A stretch of 64,000 nt of DNA from an uncultured Clostridia bacterium (GCA_964548075.1 CAZJQQ010000005.1:64252-128251); one strand, 5' to 3'. Positions 43,681 through 54,886 are shown, counted from the first letter of the stretch. The notes: generated by a model not told the origin, from the letters alone. Translations and numbers: made by a program.

Positions 43681-45015
43681 ATGACAGCACACGATACAAA
43701 GGCCTTCCTTCGTTGCATCGAAGCAAACTGCGCAGACCGCTATGCCATCGACGAACGCCGATACACCTGCCGCCGGTGTGGCGGTCTGCTCGATGTTCAA
43801 TATGCCTTCAATCTGACAAACGCGGCGGGCGAGATGAAAGCTATCTTCGAAGGCCGCCGTACCGCTAACATCGCACTCGAACGCAGCGGCGTCTGGAGAT
43901 TCCGCGAGCTGCTGCCGTTCTGCAACGACCTTTCGCAAGTGGTCACGCTCGCTGAAGGCAACACTCCGATCTATGAAGCGCGGCAGTCAGCCGAATACGC
44001 TGGACTCGATCAACTTCGGTTCAAGCATCAAGGCATGAACCCTACCGGCTCATTCAAAGACAACGGCATGACTACTGGCGTCACGCAGGCGGTCGCGCTC
44101 GGCGCGCAAGCGGTGGCATGCGCATCGACCGGCAACACGTCTGCTTCGATGGCGGCTTACGCGGCGCGAGCCGGGATGCGCGCGTTTGTTTTCATACCTG
44201 CCGATCAGATCGCTTACGGCAAGCTCTCGCAGTCGCTCGAGTATGGAGCGAAGGTCGTCGAGATCGAAGGCAACTTCGACGACGCCATGCGCCTCGTCCG
44301 AGAGCTGGCTGACGAGACCGATCTTTACCTTTTGAATTCAATCAATCCGTTTCGACTCGAAGGACAGAAGGCGATCATCATCGAGATGATGGAGCAATGC
44401 GCGTGGCAAGCTCCCGACTGGATCGTTCTGCCCGGAGGCAACCTCGGCAACACATCGGCGTTCGGCAAAGCGCTTCACGAGATGAAGAAGCTCGGATTCA
44501 TCGATCGAATGCCGCGGCTGGCAGTCATCCAGGCCGAAGGCGCCGCGCCGTTTTATGACTTGTTCACTTCAACCGACAAGTCTGCCCTCCGTCCCGTTGC
44601 GCTCCCTTCGACGCTCGCAACGGCGATTCGCATCGGCAACCCCGTCTCGTGGAAGAAGGCTCTTCGCTCGCTCAATTGCACCGACGGAATCGTCGAAAGA
44701 GTCACAGAACGGGAGATCGCTGACGCGAAGGCAATCATCGGGCGAGATGGAATAGGCTGTGAGCCCGCGTCTGCCGCAACCCTCGCGGGGACCAAGCGGC
44801 TGGTCACGTCAGGTGTTGTTGAGTCATCTGCAAATGTGATCGCGGTGCTTACAGGGAGCTTACTAAAAGATCCGAGCTATACGATCTGCTATCACACTGA
44901 CAATCTCGCGATTGAGGAAGGCGGAGCGCGTACGGAGATCAAAGGACAATTCGCGAACCGGCCGATTCGCGCCCTCGCGAACAAGGACGCGATCAAACGC
45001 GCGCTCGCGCTTTGA
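43681..45015 (+). CDS. thrC: threonine synthase
   Basis: PLP-lysine region PTGSFKDNG, N-terminal Cys ribbon, length 444 aa. Confidence 0.9.
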   Translation: MTAHDTKAFLRCIEANCADRYAIDERRYTCRRCGGLLDVQYAFNLTNAAGEMKAIFEGRRTANIALERSGVWRFRELLPFCNDLSQVVTLAEGNTPIYEARQSAEYAGLDQLRFKHQGMNPTGSFKDNGMTTGVTQAVALGAQAVACASTGNTSASMAAYAARAGMRAFVFIPADQIAYGKLSQSLEYGAKVVEIEGNFDDAMRLVRELADETDLYLLNSINPFRLEGQKAIIIEMMEQCAWQAPDWIVLPGGNLGNTSAFGKALHEMKKLGFIDRMPRLAVIQAEGAAPFYDLFTSTDKSALRPVALPSTLATAIRIGNPVSWKKALRSLNCTDGIVERVTEREIADAKAIIGRDGIGCEPASAATLAGTKRLVTSGVVESSANVIAVLTGSLLKDPSYTICYHTDNLAIEEGGARTEIKGQFANRPIRALANKDAIKRALAL

Positions 45016-45044
45016 TGTGGCTCGTGGTACTCACGCCGGTTTGT

Positions 45045-45824
45045 TCATCCCTTCCGGAACCTCACCGGGGTCAGCATCGAGACCTGCTTGCGATAGTTCT
45101 GATATTGTTCGCCGTAGGCGTGTATCAGATCACGCTCCTCGAACTGAATCGCGACGATGATGTATGCGGTGGTCATCACGGCAAAGAACAAATGTCCGAT
45201 CGACATCCGAGGCGTGGCCCAAAAGGCGATGATGAATCCCAGGTAAATTGGGTGACGTACTGCCTTATACAATGCTGGAGTCCTGAAGGGGAGTGGCGGG
45301 CACTCCGTTCCCTTCAGATAGCAAACAACCTGTTTCAGACCGAAAAGGTTGAAGTGATCTACCAGGAATGTTGAGATCAAAACGGTCAACCAGCCCAGCC
45401 AGAAAAGGCCTTCCAGCACAAGCCGGCCGGTTGAGTTCTGCAAGTCCCATGCAACACGCGCCGTGCCGATCGGGCGCCATTGCCAGAACAAGAGCAACAG
45501 AGTCAGGCTTGCGATCAACACATACGTGCTGCGTTCAAGCAGCGGCGCAACGACCCGGGTCCACCTTCGCTTGAACCACTCGCGCGCCATCACGCTGTGC
45601 TGAATGGCGAACAGGCTGAGTAACAACGCGTCGATGATCAACCTCAGCGCGAGCGACTCGCCGTGTCCCATTGGGGTAAGGTCAATCGACCGCGGCACAA
45701 TCAACGGCTTCCCCGCGCCATAGAGGTTTCCCCCTCCAACGAACCCGATGGCGTAAAGGAAAGTGCCGAAGAAGACGAAGTAACACACCACTCCGTAGAC
45801 GAAACCCAGGAATCGAGTGACCAT
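45045..45824 (-). CDS. isoprenylcysteine carboxyl methyltransferase (ICMT/MddA-like) family membrane methyltransferase
   Basis: Multi-TM protein with RHPIYLGFIIAFWATP and a C-terminal E..L...YGEQY motif typical of the ICMT/PEMT/MddA family. Confidence 0.55.
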   Translation of the reverse strand: MVTRFLGFVYGVVCYFVFFGTFLYAIGFVGGGNLYGAGKPLIVPRSIDLTPMGHGESLALRLIIDALLLSLFAIQHSVMAREWFKRRWTRVVAPLLERSTYVLIASLTLLLLFWQWRPIGTARVAWDLQNSTGRLVLEGLFWLGWLTVLISTFLVDHFNLFGLKQVVCYLKGTECPPLPFRTPALYKAVRHPIYLGFIIAFWATPRMSIGHLFFAVMTTAYIIVAIQFEERDLIHAYGEQYQNYRKQVSMLTPVRFRKG

Positions 45825-45981
45825 CAGTTCCCTCCTTCCCCGTATTAGTGTCCATCAATTGCGAGCTTCAAATTGGCGCGATTATATACCTCAGTGAATG
45901 CTTGTCAATTCCAGACCGCGTGCATTCGCACACAGCTCTTCGCTTGAGCCGCAGTAGAAGCTGGTTGCTGCGGCTTGTTGG

Positions 45982-47850
45982 CTAGGGCGCCAGGACCGGA
46001 ATCGCTACGTGCGAGGCGAAACGCTTCGATCGAAACACACGTTGCGTAGCGGGTTGGTAGTCCGACTCCTTCGCCCTGAAGATGTTCTCAACAAATTTCT
46101 GCGGATTGCGGTCGATCACCGGAAACCACGTGCTCTGCACCTGGACCATTATCTTGTGGCCCTTCAGAAATCGGTGCGTGTTGCCGTGCAAGTCGACAAC
46201 GTACTCGTTCACCTGACCGGGCGTGATCGCTTCGGGCTTGTCGAAGTTCTTGCGGAACCGTCCTCGCAACACGTCGTTGGCGATCATCAACTGATAGCCG
46301 CCCATTTTCGGGTCCTTCGGGTATTGCTCGGGATAGACATCAATCAGCTTCGCTATCCAATCGCTGTCCGAGCCGGAAGTCGAAGCCCATAGATGAGCCG
46401 TGATGTCGCCGCTGACGACGAGGTCTTCAGTAAGCGGCTCGGTCTCCCAACTCAACACATCGGGCCGCATGTGAGCGAAGCGCTGGTCCTCCAACAGCCA
46501 CGTATGCCATCCCGAGCCGCCAGGAAAATAAGTCGGCTCGATCGGACGAGGCCGGTAAGGAACCGGCCGCGCGGGATCGGAAACGTAGCTATCGAGTTCG
46601 CGCTCGCCATCACTCGCCGGCGCTTCGAAGCCGAGCCTCCCGCCGCTGTGAAAGTATAGATTGCGCTCCTTAGCCTGGCGAGGCGGCCACTGATCGTAAG
46701 ACATCCATTTGTTCGAGCCAGTCTCGAACGTCAAAGCCTCGGGTTGCTCGAGCCTGCCTTTATCTTTCAAGTAATGGGCGAAGAACGGAGCTTGAATCTT
46801 TTCGCGAAAGTACTGGCCGGTCGCGCTCTCGAAATCAACCCGGCCGAGCTTCCTGCCTTCGCCACCGCCCCAGCCTCCGTGGTTCCACGGTCCAGCGACA
46901 AGGTAATTCAGATGGCGGGGGTCGTTCTTCTCGAGAGTCTTATAGATTCGAAGCGGTCCGTAGAAGTCTTCCTGGTCCCACCAGCCCGCGACGTTCAACG
47001 TCGGGACTTTCACCTCGCCGGTTTGTCGCGGGAACGCCTGACGCCGCCAGAACTCGTCATAGTTCGGATGCTCGACAAAATCGTTCCAGGTCGGAATCTT
47101 TCCGTGGAGGTATTTCTCGTTGACGTTCGAAAGCGCGCCGAGTTTCAAGTACCACTCGTAGGTGTCGTAGAGATCGAACTTGAATTGGTCGCTGACCTTT
47201 GACGTCTCCATCATCGCCGCGTATTCGAATCCGTAGCTCAACCGGAACGCACCGTTGTGATGAAAGTCATCGCCGAGATACATATCGGCCGGCGAGGCTT
47301 GAGGCGAGGCGGCCTTTAACGCGGGATGAGGGTCAAGCATCGCCATAACCGTCAGCCAGCCGTCATAAGAAACGCCCAGCATTCCAACTCGCCCGTTGTT
47401 GTTCGGCACGTTCTTGAGCAACCAGTCGATCGTGTCGTAAGCGTCGGTGCTCTCGTCGATTGATTTCTGGTCGCGCTTATCGCGAAGCGCGCGCTGCATA
47501 ACGAACTGGCCTTCTGATTTGAAACGTCCGCGATCATCCTGGAAAACGAAGATGTAGCCTTCGGCAGCCAGATCCTTGAAGTAGTTGTTAAACGCGCCGG
47601 CCGCTCTGCCGTCTATGCCGTAGGGAGTTCGAAGCATGATGAACGGCAGCGGCTCGCTCGAACCTTTGGGCGCGTAGATCAACGTGTGCAGGCGGACCCC
47701 ATCGCGCGTGGGAATCATCGTCTCGGTCTTCTCAAACCGACTGAGGATCTCAGAACCGGTCTGCGCGCGAGTTGCCTCCAGTAGGACGCATAGCGCGACC
47801 GACACGAGTAGTAAGAAAGGAGCCTTGTTACGCATGTATGATTGACTCAT
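45982..47850 (-). CDS. CocE/NonD family hydrolase (paralog of 33966-35837)
   Basis: Signal peptide; about 45% identical to the other CocE/NonD protein (…MLRTPYG…GRVGMLGVSYDGW…). Confidence 0.75.
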   Translation of the reverse strand: MSQSYMRNKAPFLLLVSVALCVLLEATRAQTGSEILSRFEKTETMIPTRDGVRLHTLIYAPKGSSEPLPFIMLRTPYGIDGRAAGAFNNYFKDLAAEGYIFVFQDDRGRFKSEGQFVMQRALRDKRDQKSIDESTDAYDTIDWLLKNVPNNNGRVGMLGVSYDGWLTVMAMLDPHPALKAASPQASPADMYLGDDFHHNGAFRLSYGFEYAAMMETSKVSDQFKFDLYDTYEWYLKLGALSNVNEKYLHGKIPTWNDFVEHPNYDEFWRRQAFPRQTGEVKVPTLNVAGWWDQEDFYGPLRIYKTLEKNDPRHLNYLVAGPWNHGGWGGGEGRKLGRVDFESATGQYFREKIQAPFFAHYLKDKGRLEQPEALTFETGSNKWMSYDQWPPRQAKERNLYFHSGGRLGFEAPASDGERELDSYVSDPARPVPYRPRPIEPTYFPGGSGWHTWLLEDQRFAHMRPDVLSWETEPLTEDLVVSGDITAHLWASTSGSDSDWIAKLIDVYPEQYPKDPKMGGYQLMIANDVLRGRFRKNFDKPEAITPGQVNEYVVDLHGNTHRFLKGHKIMVQVQSTWFPVIDRNPQKFVENIFRAKESDYQPATQRVFRSKRFASHVAIPVLAP

Positions 47851-47856
47851 GCCGCC

Positions 47857-47965
47857 TCGATCCGTGGCAATCCGTCAAATCCGTGTCATCGGTGGTCTAT
47901 CGGTTCGTATTGAGTCGCATAGACCATCACGGATGACACTGATTCGGCGGATTTGCGCGGATACG
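47857..47965. repeat. ~110-nt intergenic palindromic element, copy B (copy A at 13961-14075)
   Basis: tcgatccgtggcaatccgtcaaatccgt...ggtctatcg...gcatagaccatcacggatgacactgattcggcggatttgcgcggatacg. Same architecture and orientation context (between two minus-strand genes) as copy A. Confidence 0.6.
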
Positions 47966-47998
47966 CTCCATCAGTAATAACGCCGATGTCCCCGCTAG

Positions 47999-49023
<1,025 letters not shown>

Positions 49024-49024
<1 letters not shown>

Positions 49025-50271
49025 TATGCCTCCTCCATCGCGGGCCGGCCGTCAGCCGCAACGTCAGTCGTTGATTTTGAATCCTTGAACGTCAAGACAA
49101 ACAACAAAGCAACGAGCGCGGCGAACCCAGCGGGGATGTACCAGATCATTCGCCAATCCTTCACCCCATTCACCGTGAACAGCTCGACAATGTTGCCGCT
49201 AAGCGCCGACCCAATGCCAAGACCCACACCGTATGTGATCAACGCGATGAGCCCCTGCGCGCTTGCTCTAGTCTCCTTCGGCGATTTTCTGTCGGTATAG
49301 ATTTGGCCCGTCACGAAGAAGAAGTCGTAGCAGATGCCGTGCAGGAGAATGCCCGCATAGAGCATCCACGCTCCGCTTCCGAGGTTGCCGTTTGCAAAGA
49401 GCGCGTACCGAACCACCCACGCAAGCATCCCGATCAGCAAAGTCTTTTTCACACCTAACCGCACGAGAAACCACGGCATCAATACCATGAACGCAACTTC
49501 GGACATCTGACCCATTGTCTGTTTTCCGGCAGCGCCTTCCATATGAAGATCGTTGAGAAAAGGGTTCGCGAAGCTGTAGTAGAATGCCAGCGGTATCGAG
49601 ATCAATAGTGAGCAAACCACGAAGATCAAAAATGATCGCTCTCTCATCAATCGCAGAGCTTTCACACCGACGACCTCGCCGAACGTGACTTGCTTGCCGA
49701 CATTCTGCGGCGGCGTGTTGGGCAGGGTGAACGAATACAACCCCAGCAACACCGAAGCTATGCCGGCCATCTTCATCGGCAGCTCGCTCTTTTCAACGTC
49801 CGCGAGAAAATGGAACTGAATCAAGGTGATCGTCAGCCCCGCTACGATCCAACCGATGGTTCCCCAAACACGGACTCGTGGGAACTCTCTATCAGGACTC
49901 TTCATTTGATGAAACGACACTGCGTTGACCAGCGCGAGCGTCGGCATGTACGTCAGGTTGTAGAGCAGCAACAGCAGAATGAGAGGTCCCGTAGCCGTGC
50001 TGTTGGCGGCGAAGTGCATGATCACACCACCCAGCAAATACAAAACGCCCATGACCTTCTGCGACGCAAAATAGCGGTCCGCTATCATCCCAACGAAGAA
50101 CGGCGAGATGATCGCCGCAATGTTGTTCATCAGATATGCGTTTCCGATTTGCCTGCCGCTGAATCCGATGTTGCCCAGGTGCGTTCCAAGTGTCACAAAC
50201 CACGCGCCCCAGACAAAGAACTGCAGGAACATCATCAGACTGAGTCGAGCGTAGGTCTTCGCATCCATCAA
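49024..50271 (-). CDS. MFS transporter, nucleoside:H+ symporter (NHS) family-like
   Basis: 12 TM segments; N-terminal [26 protein letters not shown] typical of NupG/XapB-like permeases. Confidence 0.7.
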
Positions 50272-50300
50272 GCGTTCTCCTCAGTGCAAAGATTCCCAAA

Positions 50301-50351
50301 CACAAAGGCACAAAGCCACGAAGGTTCGCTTTGTGGCTTTGTGCCTTTGTG
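50301..50351. terminator. 19-bp perfect stem hairpin followed by T-rich tracts on both strands (intrinsic terminator after the DUF1080 gene)
   Basis: cacaaaggcacaaagccac (50301-50319) pairs with gtggctttgtgcctttgtg (50333-50351), loop 13 nt. TTTATTT follows on the plus strand and TTTGGGAATCTTT on the minus strand. Confidence 0.55.
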
Positions 50352-50352
50352 T

Positions 50353-50970
50353 TTATTTGATCTCTTTCACTCGCACGCTTCTGAACGACACCCGCGAAGT
50401 CGGATCGTGGTTCTGCAAACCAATGTAGCCCTCGATGCCGCGTGTGCCGTCAAACTCGTTCACCTTCTCGCCGTTCAGCACCACGGTGTAGTGCTGGCCC
50501 ACGATGGTGATCTGATACTTGTTCCACTCGCCGGCCGGCTTTGACGCAAGCCTTGTCGCTGCAAACTGGTCGTAAGCAGATCCAGTCTGAAACTTCAGCC
50601 CGTTCTTGTCGCAGTCATCAATCTGGATCTCGTAGCCCTTGGTGACCGCGTGCCACGGGTCATCGCTCTTCTCAGGAAAGCGAACAAAGATGCCCGAGTT
50701 ATTGCACTTGTTGTTCACCTTCCATTCGACCTCGAGCGTGTAATCCCGAAACGATCGCGTCTCGTAGAAGAGCAGTCCCATCCCGGCCTGAGTCACGAGT
50801 GCTCCGTCTTCGACCGCGAAACTTCCCTTTCCGATATGCTTCCACCCCGTCTGGTCTTTGCCGTTGAACAGCTCGATCCATTTGCCCGAGGGCTTTGTCT
50901 GCGGCATCGCAAACGCAGCAAGCGCTAAACTCAAGGCCAGCCCTGTTACTAACAATGTTTGTCTTCTCAA
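50353..50970 (-). CDS. DUF1080 (3-keto-disaccharide hydrolase-like) secreted protein
   Basis: Conserved DUF1080 core (WIELFNGKDQTGWKHIG...GYIGLQNHD). Proposed TTG start after RBS gggagg gives a Tat-like signal LRRQTLLVTGLALSLALAAFA. Upstream track codons lie in an AT-rich repeat region and are unlikely to be coding. Confidence 0.65.
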   Translation of the reverse strand: MRRQTLLVTGLALSLALAAFAMPQTKPSGKWIELFNGKDQTGWKHIGKGSFAVEDGALVTQAGMGLLFYETRSFRDYTLEVEWKVNNKCNNSGIFVRFPEKSDDPWHAVTKGYEIQIDDCDKNGLKFQTGSAYDQFAATRLASKPAGEWNKYQITIVGQHYTVVLNGEKVNEFDGTRGIEGYIGLQNHDPTSRVSFRSVRVKEIK

Positions 50971-51037
50971 CGTCGTCCTCCCGGCAATCCAAAATCGACA
51001 ATCACACAAATCGCAAATCGCAAATGTAAATCCAAAA

Positions 51038-52726
51038 TCACAGATTTCCCTTCTTGTGCTCTTCAACGATGTACTCACATGCTCGAACCGTCAGCGCCAT
51101 CATCGTCAGCGTAGGATTCTGACAACCGATCGACACGAAACACGCCCCGTCGGTCACGAACAGGTTCTTCACATCCCAGCTCTGATTGAACCGGTTCAAC
51201 ACCGACGTCTTCCGGTCGGCGCCCATGCGCGCGGTGCCGACTTCGTGAATGCACAAGCCCGGCGGCGCCAGGGTTTCACTCGCACGTGCCACCTCGAACC
51301 CCGCTTCGAGAACCATCTCCTTTATGCTTTCGAGCGCGTCGGCCGCCATTGCGCGTTCGTTGTCGCCGTGCGAGCAGTCGATGTGCGCCGCCGGAATTCC
51401 CCACTTGTCTTTGACGTTCTTGTTGATCGTCACGCGATTCTCTTTTCGCGCGAGCATCTCGCCCCACATCCCGATCGAAAACGGCGCGGCGTCCTTGACC
51501 TCGCGCACCATCTTCTTGAACTCGGAGCCGAAACCGGGAATCTGTTTCAAATTGGTCGGCAGCATCCCGCGTTGAGAGCTGCCTTGCATGCCGTACCCGC
51601 GAATGAATTTCGGATGCCGCTCGTTGACGTTTCGGAATTTCGGAATGTATATGCCGTTCGCACGTCCGTCGTCGTAGTTGTAAGGATACTTCGAAACCGC
51701 CGGCACGAGCCCGCTGACTCCGATCTGGAAGATATGATCCATCAGGTATTGACCCAGGACGCCCGACGAGTTTCCGAGCCCCGCTGGGTGCTGCCGCGTA
51801 GCGCTGTTCAGCAGCAAACGAGTCGATTCAATCGTCGAAGCGCAGAGCACGACGACTTTGCCGAAAACCTCGAACGCCTTCTTTGTCACCTGATCGATGC
51901 AGGCGATGCCTGTTGCTTTGCCGGTCTTGGCATCGACAATGACGTGACTCGCCACGGCGTTTGTACGCATTGTGAGCCTGCCGGTCTTGGCCGCGGCGGG
52001 AAGCGTCGAACCGGGACTGCTGAAATAAGAATAGGTCGAGCACCCCCGATCGCAATGCCCGCAGTAGTGACACGCCGCTCGGCCGTTGTGTCTTTGGGTC
52101 AGGATTGCTGTGCGGCCGATGGTGACTTTGCGATCTTTCCAGCGACGTTCGACTGCTCTCTTCAAGAGCTGCTCACCGCAGGTCATCTTCATCGCGGGAA
52201 GAAACTTTCCATCGGGAAGATTGGGAACGTTCTCGTAGGCGCCGCTGATGCCAACGAATTCTTCGACCTTGTCGTAGTAGGGCGCGAGTTCGGCGTAGGA
52301 AATCGGCCAGTCGACGTCGTAGCCGTCGCGGCTCGCGGCTTTGAATTCGTAATCCGACAAGCGATAGCTCTGGCGGCCCCAGGTGATCGTGCGCCCGCCT
52401 ACCTGCCGCCCACGAATCCAATCGAACGGCTTTCGATCAGCCGTGGTGTAAGGGTTATCGACATCGTCGACGAAGAACTGGTTTCCGTAGGCGTTACACG
52501 CGTAGCACTTTGATTGGACTTTTTGGCGCGCGCGGCTGGCGGCGGTGTATCGATCTCTGGCTTCGTAGGGAAACAGATGTTCTGTGAAATCCTTCTCCGG
52601 ATCGAGATTGCGCCCGGCTTCGAGCACGATCACGCGCATGCCTTTTTCGGTGAGCTCTTTCGCAGCCCACCCGCCAGTCGCGCCCGAGCCGACAACTATC
52701 GCGTCGTAGATTTCTTGTTTTGCCAT
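51038..52726 (-). CDS. GMC family FAD-dependent oxidoreductase
   Basis: [19 protein letters not shown]ossmann motif and a GMC C-terminal region (HEVGTARMG); 562 aa. Confidence 0.85.
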   Translation of the reverse strand: MAKQEIYDAIVVGSGATGGWAAKELTEKGMRVIVLEAGRNLDPEKDFTEHLFPYEARDRYTAASRARQKVQSKCYACNAYGNQFFVDDVDNPYTTADRKPFDWIRGRQVGGRTITWGRQSYRLSDYEFKAASRDGYDVDWPISYAELAPYYDKVEEFVGISGAYENVPNLPDGKFLPAMKMTCGEQLLKRAVERRWKDRKVTIGRTAILTQRHNGRAACHYCGHCDRGCSTYSYFSSPGSTLPAAAKTGRLTMRTNAVASHVIVDAKTGKATGIACIDQVTKKAFEVFGKVVVLCASTIESTRLLLNSATRQHPAGLGNSSGVLGQYLMDHIFQIGVSGLVPAVSKYPYNYDDGRANGIYIPKFRNVNERHPKFIRGYGMQGSSQRGMLPTNLKQIPGFGSEFKKMVREVKDAAPFSIGMWGEMLARKENRVTINKNVKDKWGIPAAHIDCSHGDNERAMAADALESIKEMVLEAGFEVARASETLAPPGLCIHEVGTARMGADRKTSVLNRFNQSWDVKNLFVTDGACFVSIGCQNPTLTMMALTVRACEYIVEEHKKGNL

Positions 52727-52761
52727 TCGGCGTCTCGCTATTCACGCTGACCGCAATACGA

Positions 52762-53025
52762 CTACCTGCGATAGACTTCGCTTCGATGCGCCACCTTAAC
52801 GATCGTTATGGCTACACCCTTGGCGTCGACTTCATAGATGACTCGGTAAGAACCCTCTCGAATCCGGTAAGTGTGTTCGGAGCCCTCCAGCTTGCGCGTG
52901 CCGACCGGATGTGGGTCGACTGCAAGAGCGTCAACCGCGGCAATGATTCGGGGAATCATGTCTTTAGGAAGATTCCTGAGTTCTTTGGCCGCAGAGCGCT
53001 TCCACTCGATCTCAAATGAGGCCAT
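52762..53025 (-). CDS. type II toxin, RelE/ParE family
   Basis: 87 aa: MASFEIEWKRSAAKELRNLPKDMIPRIIAAVDALAVDPHPVGTRKLEGSEHTYRIREGSYRVIYEVD, a typical plasmid-stabilisation toxin fold signature. Confidence 0.75.
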   Translation of the reverse strand: MASFEIEWKRSAAKELRNLPKDMIPRIIAAVDALAVDPHPVGTRKLEGSEHTYRIREGSYRVIYEVDAKGVAITIVKVAHRSEVYRR

Positions 53026-53212
53026 CCCGTTTCAACTCGGCAACCAGATCCCTGTGGGAGACAGTCGGTTCGTCACGCCGTTCGGCCGCAGACGCGAGGT
53101 CCTCAATGTCCTCGATCAGCTCTTGGAATCGATCGATCGGCAGTATGACCGCAGTCTTCTCCCCGGCTTCGTTTGTTACGTACTGCAGCTCAAGGTGCTT
53201 TATGTCCAACAT
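53012..53212 (-). CDS. type II antitoxin (Phd/YefM-like)
   Basis: Start chosen at MLDIKHLELQYVTNEAGEKTAVILPIDRFQELIEDIEDL; overlaps the toxin start by 14 nt. Confidence 0.6.
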   Translation of the reverse strand: MLDIKHLELQYVTNEAGEKTAVILPIDRFQELIEDIEDLASAAERRDEPTVSHRDLVAELKRDGLI

Positions 53213-53256
53213 GCTACTGCTCCAATACCATCTCCGCGCCGTGGTTGGGCGACGCT

Positions 53257-53976
53257 TCAATTCTTACCACTGGCCGCCAGCACCTGAAGCTGGATCAACA
53301 TCAGCCAAGTGCTGAGCCAGTTCATGAAGCCGGGCGTAGCCACGAGAACTCCGTGGTCGTCTCGGAAGGCGATACCGGCGATGCATGACGAAAATGATCC
53401 GTGAGAGAGCGCGTTCCTAATGCGTCTCACGTAGTCGGAGTTTAGTAGTTTCCGAATCTGTCCACAACATGGATTGCCATCTCGGGCACCTTCCCCAATA
53501 AGGTCGGTGAGTGTCCCTTCGCGCATATAAACTAGGGCCACATAAAGTCGAAGGACGAGAGACCCTTGGACTGTCATCCTGACTTTTACTGGGAGAGGTA
53601 GATCGAGTTGTTTGTCGAAAGGTGTTTTCGGAATCCCACCGTCACGACGATCGAGCGAGCTGGCGAGCGCAAACCAGAACACGCCACTTGATAGTTCCTC
53701 GAACTGCCGATCAGAAGTCAATGAGAAAGCAGAGATCTCACGCAGCAACTCCTCGCCAGTGAGGCGATTCGCGAGGTCATCAAGAATCCTACGACAAGCC
53801 TGAAATTGTCGTCGCAGTAGCGGATCGCTGAGCGCAGTGCTGAGAAGATTGGATTCTTGCGAAGAAACGGAATCGTCCCCAATTAATGCACTGACGTTAA
53901 GTCCAGCAGGAGGCCCTTCGTCGGTCATGCCATTTGCTGCATAGAAGTCGCGGAGAAGATTCCCAATATCATCCAT
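53257..53976 (-). CDS. hypothetical protein with HEPN-like R-N-x-x-x-H-G motif (possible Abi-like RNase)
   Basis: C-terminal VRRIRNALSHGSF matches the Rx4-6H HEPN motif flanked by N and G. Local GC about 52%, lower than the neighbours; adjacent to the RelE/antitoxin pair. Confidence 0.3.
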   Translation of the reverse strand: MDDIGNLLRDFYAANGMTDEGPPAGLNVSALIGDDSVSSQESNLLSTALSDPLLRRQFQACRRILDDLANRLTGEELLREISAFSLTSDRQFEELSSGVFWFALASSLDRRDGGIPKTPFDKQLDLPLPVKVRMTVQGSLVLRLYVALVYMREGTLTDLIGEGARDGNPCCGQIRKLLNSDYVRRIRNALSHGSFSSCIAGIAFRDDHGVLVATPGFMNWLSTWLMLIQLQVLAASGKN

Positions 53977-54007
53977 GGCGATTCCCACGTGTGTCGCCCA
54001 ACATACG

Positions 54008-54874
54008 CTAGCCAAGACCGAGCTTCAAAACTCCCCTCAGTGTTTCCTCGGCGTCTTTTGACGGCTTGAACTCCAACCCTACGAAGCCCTGATAACCAGT
54101 CGCAGCGATCGCGCGAAACACGTTCGCGTAATTCATCTCGCCTGTTCCAGGCTCGTGACGCCCCGGCACGTCGGCGACGTGAAAGTGAGCGATCTTCGAG
54201 ATGTTCTTGGTGATGTCCGCGATCACGTTCCCTTCCATGATCTGGTGATGATAGATGTCAAATAGCATCTTCACCGCCGGGCTGCCGACCTCATCGAGTA
54301 TCTCGAAACCTTCCTTCGCCGTCTCCAAGTAATAGCCCGCATGATCGACCTTGGTGTTAAGCGGTTCGAGCACGAGCGGGATCTGCGCGAATTCAGCCAG
54401 CGGCGCGACAGCCTTTAGCGCCGCTACGTAACCCGCGTGCTGCTCCGCTCGAGAAAGCTGCTTGTCCTCATTGCCGGTCGTTACGATCAGCGTTTTCGCG
54501 CCCAGACGTTTGGCCGCCGCGAGCGAGGCTTGAATATTCGACATAAAAGTCTTGCGAGCCTCGTCGGTGAACAACGGCTTCCAGCCCGAGCCCATGATCG
54601 TAGCTATCTCGAGCCCAAGCTCGTTCTTCTTGCGAATGATCGCGTCCACGTCTTTGTTCCGCCACTCCCAAAACTCGAAGGCGGGATAGCCGAGCCGCTT
54701 TACTCGCTCCATCCGTTCGAGGAATGGAAGATCGGTCATGATCATGTCGATGCAGACCGAGAGCCTTACGGGGCTCGACTTGGTCTGTGGAAATGATCGG
54801 GCGATCATTGGCGCCGCCGCGAATAACGCCGACGCGCCTGCTGCCTGCTTGAGAAAATGCCTACGATTGAGCAT
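54008..54874 (-). CDS. Tat-exported sugar phosphate isomerase/epimerase (xylose isomerase-like TIM barrel)
   Basis: Tat signal MLNRRHFLKQAAGASALFAAAP; TIM-barrel family metal-site pattern (…FEFWEW…, HFHVADV). Confidence 0.8.
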   Translation of the reverse strand: MLNRRHFLKQAAGASALFAAAPMIARSFPQTKSSPVRLSVCIDMIMTDLPFLERMERVKRLGYPAFEFWEWRNKDVDAIIRKKNELGLEIATIMGSGWKPLFTDEARKTFMSNIQASLAAAKRLGAKTLIVTTGNEDKQLSRAEQHAGYVAALKAVAPLAEFAQIPLVLEPLNTKVDHAGYYLETAKEGFEILDEVGSPAVKMLFDIYHHQIMEGNVIADITKNISKIAHFHVADVPGRHEPGTGEMNYANVFRAIAATGYQGFVGLEFKPSKDAEETLRGVLKLGLG

Positions 54875-54886
54875 ACCAACAACTCC

